In this document: piece by piece, positions 26,640-41,011 of the stretch
Numbering within the stretch: the stretch's first letter is position 1
Layout: each line of letters opens with the position of its first letter
Position numbers and translations under genes: made by a program
Assembly (NCBI RefSeq): GCF_000485595.1
Contig: NW_014577074.1
Span: forward strand, 1,309,420 to 1,371,666
Length of the DNA stretch: 62,247 bases
Direction: 5' to 3'
From: Priapulus caudatus
Lineage: Eukaryota
The notes under the pieces: generated by a model
The model's database searches: none
What the model was told of the DNA's origin: nothing
Seen by the model: the letters and a program-made list of their open reading frames with translations, nothing else

Positions 26640-27701
26640 ATGATCGTCGGTAAGATCGCCGACGATCCGCAGAGCGGCAGCTGTCCCAACGTCACGTACG
26701 CCGACTTCTCCGGCCCCGTCGCCAACGTCAACCCGACGGGCTCGCCGTACGCGATCCAGCAGGCCGGCGGGCAGACGCATTCCAACATGCTGGGCGGAGG
26801 CGGCGGCGGCGGCGGAGGCGGAGGCGGCAATGGTGTGAGTGCGAGCAGCATGAACGGGGGCGCCGGCATCGGCGGCACGCTGGCGAGCCTCGCGGCGGCG
26901 TCGGCCGCGCTCGGAGGCGGAGGCGGCGGCGGCGGCGGCGGAGGAGGCAACCAGATGTTCGAGCAGATCCAGGCGACGCTGCGCGGCAGCGGCTTCACGG
27001 AGCAGGCGACGGCCGAGATCACGGTCGCGATGAACACGCTCGCCAACTACGGCCTGCTCGCGATCGGCCTCAACGGCCTGCAGGCGCTCGCGGCCGCCGG
27101 TGGCGCCACCTCCACCTCCTCCGCCTCCCTCAGCAACGCGAACCTCTTCGGCAATAACAACGCCAACTCCCTGCTGAGCACCTCGTTCGGCGGCGGCGGC
27201 GGCGGCGGCGGCGGAAACGGATACGGGCCCGTCGGCAGCAGCAGCGCCCCCTTGAGCCCGGGTCGCGGCGGCGGCGGTGAGGCGTACGGATGCCGAATCA
27301 GCGACGCGGCGGCGTCGTTCGGCGACTACAAGAGCCAGTCGCTCGGCTCCAACATGATGGGCAGCCCGACGTCGTTCAACGGCGTGTCCAGCGGCGGCGG
27401 CGGCGGGAGCAAGAGTCCCGAGAAGGACCCGTCGAAGGTCGAGGTGGAGATCAACGACAACATCGTCGGCGCGATCCTGGGACCGGGCGGCCGCACGCTG
27501 ATCGAGATCCAGAACTACAGCGGCGCCAACATACAGATCAGCAAGAAGGGCATCTTCGCGCCGGGCACGCACAACCGGCTCGTGTCGATCGTCGGCACGG
27601 CGACGCAGATACAGATGGCGCAGTATCTGATGCAGCAGAAGATCACGCAGGAGGAGAGCAAGCGCATGCGACAGAACAGCATGGGGACGAGCAGCCGCTA
27701 G
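26640..27701 (+). CDS. Nova: Nova/pasilla terminal coding exon (end of KH2, Gly/Ala-rich linker, KH3)
   Basis: tcgttgcag acceptor, phase 0. Reads MIVGKIADDPQSGSCPNVTYADFSGPVANVNPTGSPYA (cf. NOVA1 KIQEDPQSGSCLNISYAN..GPVANSNPTGSPYA), then MNTLANYG, then KH3 VEINDNIVGAILGPGGRTLIEIQNYSGANIQISKKG. TAG at 27699-27701; intact frame. Confidence 0.97.
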   Translation: MIVGKIADDPQSGSCPNVTYADFSGPVANVNPTGSPYAIQQAGGQTHSNMLGGGGGGGGGGGGNGVSASSMNGGAGIGGTLASLAAASAALGGGGGGGGGGGGNQMFEQIQATLRGSGFTEQATAEITVAMNTLANYGLLAIGLNGLQALAAAGGATSTSSASLSNANLFGNNNANSLLSTSFGGGGGGGGGNGYGPVGSSSAPLSPGRGGGGEAYGCRISDAAASFGDYKSQSLGSNMMGSPTSFNGVSSGGGGGSKSPEKDPSKVEVEINDNIVGAILGPGGRTLIEIQNYSGANIQISKKGIFAPGTHNRLVSIVGTATQIQMAQYLMQQKITQEESKRMRQNSMGTSSR

Positions 27702-28562
27702 GCGACGCCACCTGTACAGGCACGAGACGCGCGGTCTGGGTGCAGACCCGTGAACAGTGCACACGCGCACGTATACACATCAATATATACACAAACACAC
27801 ACACACACACACCAATACACACAAACATACACACGTATACACGCGCACACACACACCAATACACACAAATACACACGCGCGCGCACACACACACGCACAT
27901 ACGTATACACGCACACACACACATATGTATACACGTACGACGACAGATGACTTTGTCATTGTATATGACTTGTAATAATATGAGAATGTTTTCGTTACTA
28001 TTGTTGTCCGTGACCGCCGTCCGGGTAGCAATGGCAAGGGGGCGAATTTCGTCCATAGTGCTTTTAGGTTTATACGAGAGAAAAAAGTTGCTGCATCTAT
28101 AATTTCGGAAAAATATCGGTGTGGAAAGTTAGCATGGGACGTGCGGATTCAATCTTGGACTGTCCCACGGCACACGGCAGGTTCCTGGAGTGGACAAGCA
28201 GACTTCTTGTGGCCCACATAGGAAGCTCGGCTAGGCAGTATGTGGTAGATAGTAATTTCCGTTGAGTTTTATTCAAGAGTCTTTCGAGTTGATAGCATAT
28301 CTGTAGCATGTAGCGTAGTGATTACTAGGGTGTTATTAGTACCTGACATTTTAAAGCATTGGTGTTTTACTGTGATCCAGATTATACTTTGATATTTTTG
28401 TTCACGTGAATTTTCCTCTTCCTCCTGTAAATTCTCACCAGAGGATCTTGTCGTCATGGTAATCATTATCATGCTTACACTCATGCGAACTTGTGCACCC
28501 TAACCCTTTTCACTCATTCTCATATTTAACTAAAGTGTATGTGTGTGCCTACATTATATCAA

Positions 28563-28830
28563 GAGCTAATAAATACCCAGAGTGCATGTACAACGGGAAA
28601 ATAGTGCGATTTCACGGCAATATTATTCTACTTTGCCTGCGAGTCTAGAATAATTTTATGGGATTGCATTCTTTGCTCTCTAAAATAAGACCAACCGCTT
28701 GTCTCTACGGTACTCCTAGGCCAAGATATTGGAACTCAGTCTAGAACCGCACACAAAGTAGAATAATATTGGCGTGAAATAGCACTATTTTCCCGTTTTC
28801 CCGTTGTACACTCTAGGTATTTATTAGCTA
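28563..28830. mobile_element. MITE-like inverted repeat downstream of the Nova stop codon
   Basis: AGCTAATAAATACC.AGAGTG...GTACAACGGGAAAATAGTGC...TATTATTCTACTTTG is mirrored at ~28755-28830. It contains AATAAA at 28568-28573. Confidence 0.65.
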
Positions 28831-29728
28831 TTGATTATATTTATGGACGTTGCTGCAGAAATGACTGAGAGCCCAACTCCGTAAAAAACTGTCAACCCAG
28901 TCCCCCATGAAAACCCCATTCTGGCGTTTTCTGTGTAATTGACTATCATTTCAGCTTCAGCCGGTGATAGTTTATCCACTGTTCTCCAAACGAGCGCCCC
29001 GTGACACGGGTCATAAGTTTTGCGTAATATCCTGTACGAATATATATATATGCTCTATAGAAAGTATGTGGCGGACCAAAAACAATTGAAGTGGAGCTCG
29101 CATCTCAGTTGTTTCTGTTATTATGGTTGGCGTTGATACGCGAAGGTGTAGTCGTGGTGTTTATACACGCCGCAGACGCTCGGAGATTTTTTAGTTCTTT
29201 TTGCTGCTTCATGTTTTCTGTTGGCGCTATGCCGCCGGTGTGACATCGGCCCCCCTGCGCGATCATTCTGTCATATATCATTTTTTTGGGGAGAATAAAT
29301 AAGGAACGGTTGCTTTTAGCATTTTGCTGAGAAAATTATTCACCACTTGTCATGTCTTCTCTGTCACGTTTGCTCACTCGCTCATTTCGCTCATAGGGGG
29401 AGTCGGTGTGGAGAGGGCTGGGGTGGGGGTTGTTGGTGGTCGTGGTCGTGGTAGGGAGGGGGGGGGTGCTGGTGTTTGCACAACGTTGCGAATGGTGTCG
29501 CAAGCGACGACTAATGGCTCGTTGCTGCTAGCGTCAGCGTCGCAACGGCCGGCGCGGCGGCAGGATGTAATGAGATTCGGAGTGCGGCTCACTGCATCCT
29601 GGCGGTCATGGTAGCATGGCTAGTCGGAGTCAGCTATTGCGTAATTAGGTATCGGGGGAAGCAGATCATTTTCATGTACATGCATTTACACTACAGGCAA
29701 ACAAGCGCGTTATCTCGCTCCCCCTTCG

Positions 29729-29801
<73 letters not shown>

Positions 29802-29847
29802 GCGCGCGCTCTCTCTCACTCTCTCGGGCGCGCGCTCTCTCTCGCTC

Positions 29848-29878
<31 letters not shown>

Positions 29879-29950
29879 GTCTCTTGTTCTCTCTCTCTCT
29901 TCCCCCTCTCTCTACCTCTCTTTTTCACTCCCTCCACCTTCTCTCTCACA

Positions 29951-29996
<46 letters not shown>

Positions 29997-30123
29997 ACGT
30001 GCCGACTTCCATATGAATCGTTTGTGAATTCTGTCTCCCCTTAATTTGCAAAGTGCTTTCGTTAGATGTTGGCTATCATTCCATCTAGTTACCCTAATAG
30101 GTGTAGTTACGCGCATCATAATA

Positions 30124-30124
<1 letters not shown>

Positions 30125-30172
<48 letters not shown>
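30125..30172. repeat. (CTG)n trinucleotide repeat
   Basis: Direct reading. Confidence 0.95.
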
Positions 30173-30176
<4 letters not shown>

Positions 30177-30411
30177 TACTTCCGAGGCGTCTGTCGAACT
30201 ACGTGACGTCAGCGTGCGGCCACGTGATCGACGCGCACACTAATTAGTCTGAAGGCGTTGTTTGAACGCGGCCGAATATATTACAGACAGGCAGGCAGGC
30301 AGTCGAGAGTCATGGTAGCTGGCCATGCACTCATGATCATCATCTACATCATCGATCGTAGCGCAACGTCTTCCGAATCTACAATCCTTTCATCCGCGAA
30401 TAGCACACACG

Positions 30412-30450
<39 letters not shown>

Positions 30451-30955
30451 CTTCTCTCTCTTCTCTCTCTCTTTCTTTCTCCTTCTCTCTCTTTCTCTCT
30501 CTCTCCTCTCCTCTCCTCTCTCTACTTCGTCCTTCCTCTCTCTCTCTCTCTCTTTTCTTCTCCTCTCCCTCTCTCCTCTCCCTCGCCCGTGCGCTCTCCT
30601 CTTCCTGTCTCTTCTCTCCTCTCTCTCTCCTCTCTCTCTCTCTCATCTTCTCTCTCTCTCGCTGTCTTCTCTCTCTCTCCGTCTCTTCTCGGTCCCAATG
30701 CAATTGTTCCCGTTGTGCTTTGGTCGTGTGCTGCGGCTCCGTAGGTCTGTCGCCAGGGAGGCCGACGGCACGTGCGCGCCGCAGTTGGCGGCACCTCGTA
30801 GATGCCACGTTTGTACAGCAGCGGTGGCCTGAATCAGGGGCTAACGTCTCCGAAGTAGGGGGGGGGGGCAAGGTCCCCGACGAGAAAAGTCCCCGCGGCG
30901 TGTGTGGGTCTAGGATCTCCGGCGGTGTGTGTGCGTGCGTGCGTGCGTGCGTGTG

Positions 30956-30987
<32 letters not shown>

Positions 30988-31748
30988 TGTCCAGGTGCCC
31001 GAACGGGGAAGGGCTAAATTCACATTGCGAGAAATGGGCAAAAAAACTATAGGATTCGGATTTTTTAAGTGGCATCGTTGGTGTTTTAGCAGTAAATAAT
31101 TGCTATATCCATAACTACTGATATATTGCCATATATCGTATGCCAGATACATGAGCCTTCTATCCTGCTGATTGTTTTCATAAGCTTTTCGTTTATCGTC
31201 GTTGTCATCGTCGTCGTCGTCTCGTCCGTCTTCCTACCACCGTAGCACAAACGATCGCCACAATTCCTAACTGAAAGCGTCTTGCAGTAAATTGGCATAG
31301 CTGTAATTGCAGGGAAGGGATAATGCGCGGCGGCGGCGGCGGAGGGGGGGGGGCGTGACCGTACGGGAGTGCTTACACCTAATAGAAGGGTGTTGTTATA
31401 AGTGGGCACGGTCTTTGTGAATGGCTGAGCGGTGCTAGTGCTTCAGCTGCGCTGGAAACGTGCCATAATCCGACCAAAAATATCCGGATCTTGCCCACCA
31501 TATGGTCGGCTGATGCATTTTTTGTCTATTTGTCAAAAGCTGGTAGCTGGTTAGAAAAGATGTGGGGGAGAGCAAGATAGAGTGTGGGAGGCGCAAAACT
31601 GCATATCATTAAGGCTTCATCTTGATTTTAATTCCATTATCATGATCAACAATTTTTTTTAGCATTCAGCATGCATAAATTCTATCTCATATGTTTGCTC
31701 ATCAGCGTTAATAAGTGTGATTCCCGAACATTATGTGTGTGTGGTGTG

Positions 31749-31780
<32 letters not shown>

Positions 31781-32280
31781 TGCGTGTGTGCGTGCCGTTG
31801 CCGTGTGTGCGCGCGCGCGCGTGTGCGTGCGTGTGTGTATATACATCATCACTCAATATGTGTGTGGCCGATGACTTTCGAGCTTACTGCACAATCTATA
31901 GAGTTTGTTCACCTGCGATAGGAACGAGGTTTTGCTTATATCGCACACTGCTAACTAACTGTCGATCTGCATGCCTGTTGTTGCAGTTGGCCGTAAGTTA
32001 ACTTGCGCCACGCTGCTTGTAACCGAATGACGTCTTTACTCACGTCACCAACTCTGCATGTGTGCTTCAATTATCCGACGCGCTGGTATTAAACTTACTT
32101 GCAGTGTAGCTTCCTATTAGCCTGTATCAGCCGCTCCACTCTACCACCTCCAACTTTGGCACACTCAATGTATTGCGCGTCTCTGCCTTTCTGTGAGTCT
32201 GTTCCTGTGATATGATACGTGGTTTTAGGGGGGAGCGAGCGAGCGAACGTCACACACAGAGAGAAATAGAAAGACAGAGA

Positions 32281-32328
<48 letters not shown>

Positions 32329-32401
32329 AGACATACAGAGGACAGACAGACAGCAGACAGAGAGACAGGACAGACAGACAGAGAGAGAGAGAGAGAGCGA
32401 G

Positions 32402-32438
<37 letters not shown>

Positions 32439-32439
32439 A

Positions 32440-32486
<47 letters not shown>

Positions 32487-32609
32487 GGGTGGAGGGAGAG
32501 AGCGCTACACGTAATCGCCACAGTTCACATCACTAACAGCGAGTGACGGGTAGAGAGAGAGAGAAGAGAGACGAAAGAGAGAGAGATACGAGAGAAGAGA
32601 GAGAGAGAG

Positions 32610-32646
<37 letters not shown>

Positions 32647-34966
32647 AGCGCGTCGCGCGCGTAACCAGGGTGATATATGAAATGTAGTATATTATACATA
32701 CATAGTGAAGCTGAAGCGTTGAGCCTGTCTAGCGTGCGACGCGCCGCCGCCCACGGCGAACGTGTCGCGATGGCTTGTCGCGTGCAGTAGGCGCACGCCC
32801 ACGACCGCAGTCACACGTCGCATCACACTCACCGACCATCGTTTTCGCTGGCGCATCTTCAGTCAATGCTACGTGCTTTCTCATCAGTACGATCATAGTT
32901 TAGTACTCGCAACACGCGGCTGGGGCATGTGCATCTCGGCTCCAGCTCTCCCGTCCCCCCTTCTTAGCGCGCGAGAAATCGAAATTTAGTTGAGTGCGCG
33001 CTGAACTGCAAAGTGTGGGTCATAGGCTCAAGCTACGTTCGGAAGTTCGGCCGATTCCTAAATCTGACCAGGGAGTACCGACGCTAAATGCCGCTACTAA
33101 AGCGTTCTGCGGCAAGTGTATCATTACACGTGTAAGCAACATTGAACGAGCGAACTCACTTCAGCTGTTGCAAATAAGAAGAGCGCTCATGTCACATGTT
33201 GTCGACAATTTGTCTGTGTCTGGCATTATCCACATCAGCCGCTGTGGGCCAGTCATTAGGCAAATTATCATCTTCAATAATCTTGCTCCGTCGTGCTGTT
33301 GTGTGTTTGTATGCGTTAATCTCACACGATTTCTCACGCTAAAACTCGTTTCTACCTCGTATGTCCGTATCGTTTCTGTTAAATAATGCTTTGAAAATGT
33401 TAAGGCGGCAAGATTAAGTTAAAGCGCAACAGGCGCATCTACACTAATTTCTCACAGTACTAGACTAGCAATACTTCGTGTCATGCAAGAATCATCACGT
33501 AACCTTATGACAAATAAACTCTAAGTTCCTCCTCACATTGTCACTGCGTCGTGTCTATAAAAAGGCATTTGAAAATAACCTCCGATGTTTTGACAGTTAT
33601 TACGCGCGTTGCTCTCCCAAGCAACCGTGGCAGGCGGTGCTGCGGTACGCGGTACGGGTGAGCAAGATTAACAACATGTGACCTCACCTAACCGCTTCGA
33701 GCTAAAATTGTCTGGCAAAAAAGTCCCGGCGTTGGCGCCAGATTACCAGATTCGCAACCTATCTTGTGGCTTTTAAGCCAACGCGCAGTGAAATGAGGAA
33801 CTAGAGTGTTATTTGCCATAAGGTATGTATATGCATGAAACAGAAGTAATTTGCATAGTCTAGTACTGGAGAAATTAGCGTTTGGATGCGCATAGGCGGC
33901 TTTTAAGTGACTCGTTAACGGTGGTTTACGTGTAATCGTAACTTATAGATAGGTGCCTATATAAGTCATGAGGTGCTATATTTAAGTCATATAAATAATT
34001 CAACTAATAAATTTAGTTTATTATTAACGAACGTGTTGGTTTTGCTTTGTACAATCACAAAGCCCATATCTACAATTTCGTTGAAGTATATCGGTGTGTT
34101 TTCCTTAGGGATGGCGGTTAAGAAATGGTGACGAGGAATGGACTCCCCATACCGCTTTAACATCCATCTTCCAAGATGAGCATGAAATGTCCAGCACATC
34201 GATGGATGAATGGTGAAAAGGGTTAGTCTCGTAGAGATGATCGTCGCATGCTATGATTTACCTCAAACAGTTATTCGTGTAGGCAATGATGGCGTATACT
34301 ACACGTAACAGCACGATTCATTTAATAATCTCTATTTTTGGCGCTCTATACTCTCTTTCAATGTTCTACTATTGCATGTTCGCAGCGTGTGGGTAGACAT
34401 GCCAACATGATATCGTATACAAAGCGTTTCGATAATATGGCTGTCTAGATTGCTGAAAACATCCCACTAAAACAGAAGTGTGATCATCGTTTTAACCAAA
34501 CGATTCTCCACGGTTTGGTTGGGCTGACGGTGTATGTATTTGAAGCGTGGTTGAATGAAATAACTCATGTGTGAATGGCGTGTGCATGGCATGTGAGGGA
34601 TTTATGAGGTCCCCATCATTAGAAACCAACTTAGACACGCATGATACGAAAACAGTCGTTCAAGTGGCGGATTCTGAATGATCTTGTAACGTCACTAAGT
34701 TTATTCAAACCCTAATATTATCATCGGTCCATAGCGTATGTCTAGTTCAAATTTCTCTCTACATGTTTTAGCGCATGAGTCGTAGTTCATGGTGTAGTGC
34801 AGGAAGGAAGATGTTAGTAAACTAAGGAGGCAAAAGCTGATCCGGAAAATCAAAGAATACTAGGGGAATAGAAGGCAGGAGAGGTGGAGGAACCGGAGGA
34901 GAGAGAACTAGAAAGGAGAGAAGGGTTGAAGAGAATAAGTAGGTCGAGAAAAGCAGGAACGAAGAG

Positions 34967-35000
<34 letters not shown>

Positions 35001-35170
35001 CTGCTCTCTCTCATTCTCGTCTCTCTCGTCTCTCTCTCTCTCTCTCTCGTCTCTTCTCTCCTTCCTCTCTCTCAATCTCTCTCTCCCTCTCCTCCGTCTC
35101 TCTCTCTCGTACTCTCTCTCTCGCAGTCGTCTCTTCCTCTCTCATCTCTCACACTTTCATCTCTCTCTGC

Positions 35171-35219
<49 letters not shown>

Positions 35220-35633
35220 TTCGCTATTTCACTCTCTACTCTCACTACTTCTCTAAACTAAAATCAACTCAATCAAATCTCTCACTACCAGTGCAAAATA
35301 TTTGACGAGAATACGTACATTTTCATTTTTCGAAAACTAGATACTACTGCGTTCGTGAGCAGTTAGAGTGCGTTGTGTCGATTGACTAATGCACTATAGC
35401 GTGTCGGCATCACGTCACGGGTCTCTCTCGTTTCTAATTGTTGCCTTTGATCCTAACGACAACGAGCACGCATTAACATTTTCTCGCACTTCAATGATCA
35501 CAGCCCGATGTTCGCGTAGGGAATAGAGAAGGTGGGAGGGCGAAAATTAAATCTGAATGAGATGCATGTGCCTCCTTGCGCCGGTGCGATAATTCAGGCG
35601 GCTCGAGATCCTTCACGTAACAGCCTCAAATTC

Positions 35634-35667
35634 TTGAGAGAGAGAGAGAGAGAGAGCAGAGAAGAGA

Positions 35668-35701
<34 letters not shown>

Positions 35702-35729
35702 CAGAGAGTGAGAGAGAGAGACACAGAGA

Positions 35730-35766
<37 letters not shown>

Positions 35767-35805
35767 CGAGACGAGAGAGAAGAGAGAGAGCAGAGGAGAG
35801 AGAGA

Positions 35806-35859
<54 letters not shown>

Positions 35860-36130
35860 AAGAGGGTGGCGACTGTATGTGTGTGTGTGTGACGTGTGCG
35901 TGTGCGTGTCGTGTGCGTGGCGTGTGCGGTCGTTTGGTGTGTGTGTGTGCGTGTGTGCGCAGTGTGTGTGCGTAGTGTGTGTGTTGTGTGTGGTGTGTGT
36001 GTGGGTGTGTGTGTGTGTGTGTGTGTGGTGTGTGTGTGGTGGTGTGTGTGTGTTGTGTGTGTGTTGTGTTGTGGTGCTGTGTGTGTTGTGCTGTGTGTGT
36101 GTTTGTGTGTGTGTGTGTGGTGTTGTGTGC
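35634..36130. repeat. Compound (GA)n / (GT)n microsatellite
   Basis: Direct reading. It is the source of low-complexity ORFs. Confidence 0.95.
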
Positions 36131-36648
36131 GTTCTGCGAGCGGCGTGTACGAGAGGTGCAAGATAAGAGATGAATAGCACCAAGAACACAAGTTCGATTT
36201 TTTTTCGAAACCCCGAGTGCTTCGTTCTGCCGAAATTAAATATTCATGAATGCTAGGCTTTTATTTATTTAAACAGAATCGGATAATTTTATCGGGGAAC
36301 TTTCCACTGTCGTAATTATCATCAATTTTTAAAACTGATAATTGCATTTAGGGATTACAATAGTTTAGCGCGGTTACTGTGCCAACCACATATGCGTCTG
36401 GCCTATATAGTCTTTGCATAATCGTGGTTATGATCAATGATCAGCCAAGCCATTGTAGAAACGTACACGAGTACAGCTCTGAATTAAGTAGTTTCATTAT
36501 TTGTTATAGTTGACGTAACGTAACGTTCACCAATTTTCGTTCGCTATGAGTGAAGCTTAGCCGGAGGTGCGAGATACCCGGGCGCACTCACACGCAAGCC
36601 GCCCTGATCGATCACCGGCCGGCATGGAGAGAGAGAGAAAAGAGGAGA

Positions 36649-36729
<81 letters not shown>

Positions 36730-36761
36730 AGAGCAGAGAGAAGAGAGAGAGAGAGCTGCGC

Positions 36762-36861
<100 letters not shown>

Positions 36862-37592
36862 AGAGAGGGTGCAGAAAAACATTCATTTCTACGGGTTTAA
36901 CTTCGTACGTAGTTGTTAGCTAAAAGAAACCTCTTCCTCGTGACATATATTATATACTATTTCGCCAATACAAGCTTCTTTTCCTGCTTCTCGATTGCAT
37001 TATTCCAAAGTATAATTGTGCTGTAATAATTAGTATCATTTAAATGTGGTTAATAGATAATAAATTTTCGGATCACACTTTTCTGTACTACGTATATTAT
37101 ACGGTCCGAAGTATTCCATCCGGGATTTGATCCAGACTGATAATAAAATCAGGATTCGGCATATTTTTTCAAAATTGTAATTATGAAATTTCTGCACAGT
37201 TCTGTTTTGATGTCAATATACTCGACACTCGATATAATACTCGTGCCTAGTGATGCACAGGTGGCCACTGAACTATTATTACATAATTTAAATAGCAATT
37301 AGAATTATTGATATTTGGGAATTGCTCATCAATCATTCACGCTCGACGCGATGTGATCTCTTACGATGAAGCATTTCGTTTTTACATTTTTAAGTTGCTT
37401 ACGTCATCCGGTTGCAGGTGGGACCATGCGGTCAGTCCTGCAGCGGAACGGAGATGGGCAAACACATTAGGCGAGGTGCGAGATACCCGGCGCACTCACA
37501 CGCAACCGCCTTGATCGATCACCGGCCGGCATGGAGAGACAGAGATAGAGAGAGCCGAGAGAGAGAGGGAGGTAGAGAGAGAGAGAGAGAAT

Positions 37593-37642
<50 letters not shown>

Positions 37643-40600
37643 AGCAGAGAGCGAGAGCGAGAGGCGAGAAGGGGTGGGGGTATAGTGGCATCCTGCGGAT
37701 TACTGGGACATTTATATGGACCGTATTACGACGCAGCCCGACAGTGAGCTCCGATCGCATGCCGCCGCCGCTCCAGCTGCTGGTGATGTGTGTCCCACAT
37801 ATGCGGCAAGGTTGCTGCTCCTCGCCTCATCCATCATGCTCTCTCTCTCTCTCTCTCTCTCTCAGCCCGACTGCCGATTGACAGACAGAGTTGACTCAGG
37901 GCGGAGCGGGAGAGCGATAGGAACCGTAAAACCGCTGTGTTAAACGCTGGCGGTACAGCTCTGACACTGCCAGCGGGAAGACGCCGTGAGCTGCGGACGC
38001 GGGTGTGCGTGGTCTCAGCCTCCTCTCTATCTGTCTACTGAACAGACAGACGTACAGTGGTGCAGTGATTGCGAACAGATTTCGTATCTCCGCGTCTACC
38101 ACACAAAAACTGACTACTATGAGAGAGAGCGCGAGCTCCCGTGTATGCGCCGATGCTAAAAATTCCGGTGCAGGCAAATAAACACGGCAGTAGTATTCGC
38201 GAGTTCATGAAGCCTGCAAGATAGGCGACTTGTGGGGAAAAAAGCGCGCGCAGTTCTCAATTTGCATGATTTCGATGCGCTGCGCTAGGCGAGGTTTATA
38301 AAAGCACGTACAAATCCAGAACCTTGTGTTTGTCAATTTTAATTAATTTTTTCAGTTGTTTGAACCAACGTCGCGACAAACTAGTTATTTCGAAGGCGGG
38401 GTAGGCAATCTAGCTTGCTTAGAATCTGAATCGCACAGCTAATGTCGTCTAGTATTACTCCAACGCTGTCCCGTATGAAATTTGCTGACGCGAGCTACGG
38501 AAACGCGAACGGAAACGGAAACGGAAACGCGAAACGCAAACTAGTCTGGAATACAGAAGTATTGGTTTAATTCCTGAGTGGTGAGAGAAGCCTAATAATC
38601 TACAACATACAAAGGAGATGTTGTTAACAAATGTGAGTGATAGTTGGCCGGCATGGAGAAGCTTATAACAATATATACCGCATAGGATGAGTATATCCAA
38701 AGCTCACGTCAAGGTATGTGACGGTGCTGGCATAGTTTGAACCGTGTATATATACAGTCCATCGGTATAGCTTTCAGTTGCGAATAAATGAATGGCGCAC
38801 GTATTTCACCGAGTTTGTGAGCAGTAACACACAGTTTACGCGTACAAATATTGCATAATTTAGGAGCAAATCTTGCAAGTGAACTTGTAGTTCTACTTCT
38901 TCTTCTACTCTCCAATTACACGGTAATCACAATATAAAATGTGCGCTCTTGAGCTTAGAACAGCTTTTAATATGTATGTTATGGTGTGTGCTGTCAGCAC
39001 TTTGTGACTTGATAAACTGCAAGGTCATTAGGTGCAATATGAGCCCATGTCGATTTCATTCTGAACAATCACAACACTCCCCCCCCCCGATATCTATCAT
39101 TTTTTCAGGCTGGCACAAATCGTTGTATACGTTTTTTATCGGAGCACTCGTATATCGTGTGATATATATATTATAACCGCGATCTAATAGTTTGTCTGGC
39201 TTAAATGTATATGTTGTGTGAGGAGCAGGCTTAGATGTTTTCAAAGGCATGGAAAAAGTTATAAATTATTTTAGGTTGGCGGCACACGCACAATATTTCT
39301 CTACAGCTATTGACATTTGAAACTGCACTGTGTGTGTGTTAGCTTTCACTGCTGCGAAAATATGCTGAAATTAATAAAGGACGATGTTTTCGCACGTGCA
39401 AGGCGGCTGGCATATGGGGTGGTGTTGCCATAGCAAGCGGCAAGGCCCAGGATTAACCGTGTGCCCCAAATTTTGATACGGACAACTACTATGTCTAAAT
39501 TCCCATCGATGGGTTATCTGTCATAATTAATATTATTAATTTCTCTCACAATTTTAACCCAGCACACAATGTGAGATATTCAATGTAAATAATTGTTTAT
39601 TGTGTTTCTTTTCGCTTTAGCCATGGACCGACAGTTTAAATAGTCCTACAAATTATTGTGTGGTGCATAATTTTCACCCATTCTTCATGTCTTTTAATGT
39701 ATAGATAATATAATATCAGTAATGTGTCTGTTTTTCTAGTCCGTGTAAAATTAAATTGTCTCTTTTTATAGTGTTCAACGACGAAATGGGATACTCTGTG
39801 TGTTTTTTCATCCTGTTTTTGCAGACCAAGCTCTGCCTTGGATCTGTTTACTGTGATATAATATAGCGCATAGGTTTGTAAATAAACTATGAACTTTTGT
39901 AAATAAATGGAACGGACTTGGTCCTCCTTATACGATCATGGTGAACAGTTCTCTGATGTTTGCTGCTGGCGAAATGAGACCTCGACGTTCCACCTACACA
40001 CTAGATACAAACGTTGAGCGAGAGAAGAGGAAAAGTCTGGTAGTGTATATATTCATTATCAAATTACTAAAGAGTTGTATCTTTTACCCTTTAATTTTTT
40101 TTTCAAAATATAATGTAAACGTATAAAAACAATATAATACTACGTTATGGTTTAACTGATACTGCTTCAAAATTAAAGAATGTGGAATGATAAAATGAAA
40201 ATATCACAAACTAAATGAAACCTCAAATACATGCAAAAATATGCATAATATGTTGCATCATTTCGTTGGTAATCACGTTATAAAAATAAAACGGAAGGCA
40301 TCCCAGAGTAAAATTATTTTTTCCTAACTTACTAAATTATATCTCACTAACCTGAATTAAGAGAGAGCTGTTGTTACCAAATTTAATTCTTTTCCTAATT
40401 GTGAAAATGAGATCCCTGAGTTACCCCTGGAAGAAGAGAAGATGCGATCGCAAAAGGCATAAAAAGCATGTAGAAAGCTAGAAAGCAAGACTATGCCAAG
40501 GAGGAAATTTTATAAAAAGCACGGATGTGGGCCAGGTTTCAGCTTGCGCGGCGTTATCTGCTCTTCTTCCAGAGAAAAACACATACATAACATACTTGTT

Positions 40601-40783
40601 GATACAAGTATTAGTGATAACCGATGTTGTTAAATTTCAATCAGACTAAACAAAAAATAGTAAATGATAAGGGAAAATAAGTCGGGGGAAAAAACGTAAA
40701 TGTCGAAGGGCAAAACATGCTACTGCGATTTTCTTTCCAACAGGCGACGACGTAGCTAGCTGGCTTGTAGCTATTTGCATAAA

Positions 40784-41011
40784 TTACTTTGGTATCATGC
40801 TGTCGATGCGCTTGCCCTGCTCCAGTGCTTTCTCCATCTTCACGAGCGTATCTACACCATCGATGACTGCCTGTACTAGCTGCACCTCACTCTTGCCAAG
40901 TCTGTCAGAATTGCTGATGTCGAAAATGCCACCAGTGGCAGCAGTGTCAACACCACCTGTGCCACGCTTTTGCAACCTTAGCTTCTCCAGGATACTATTG
41001 AAGCGTTGATC
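40784..41011 (-). CDS. CKMT: Mitochondrial creatine kinase, coding exon 7 (last)
   Basis: ctcag|GAT acceptor. [47 protein letters not shown]...[11 protein letters not shown] is the CK-type specificity loop. Confidence 0.96.
   Translation of the reverse strand, partial: DQRFNSILEKLRLQKRGTGGVDTAATGGIFDISNSDRLGKSEVQLVQAVIDGVDTLVKMEKALEQGKRIDSMIPK

Noticed and set aside
26442..28102. 442-aa minus-strand ORF and 270-aa overlapping plus ORF
   Set aside because: These are shadow frames of the high-GC3 Nova exon running into CA repeats, with no recognisable domain.
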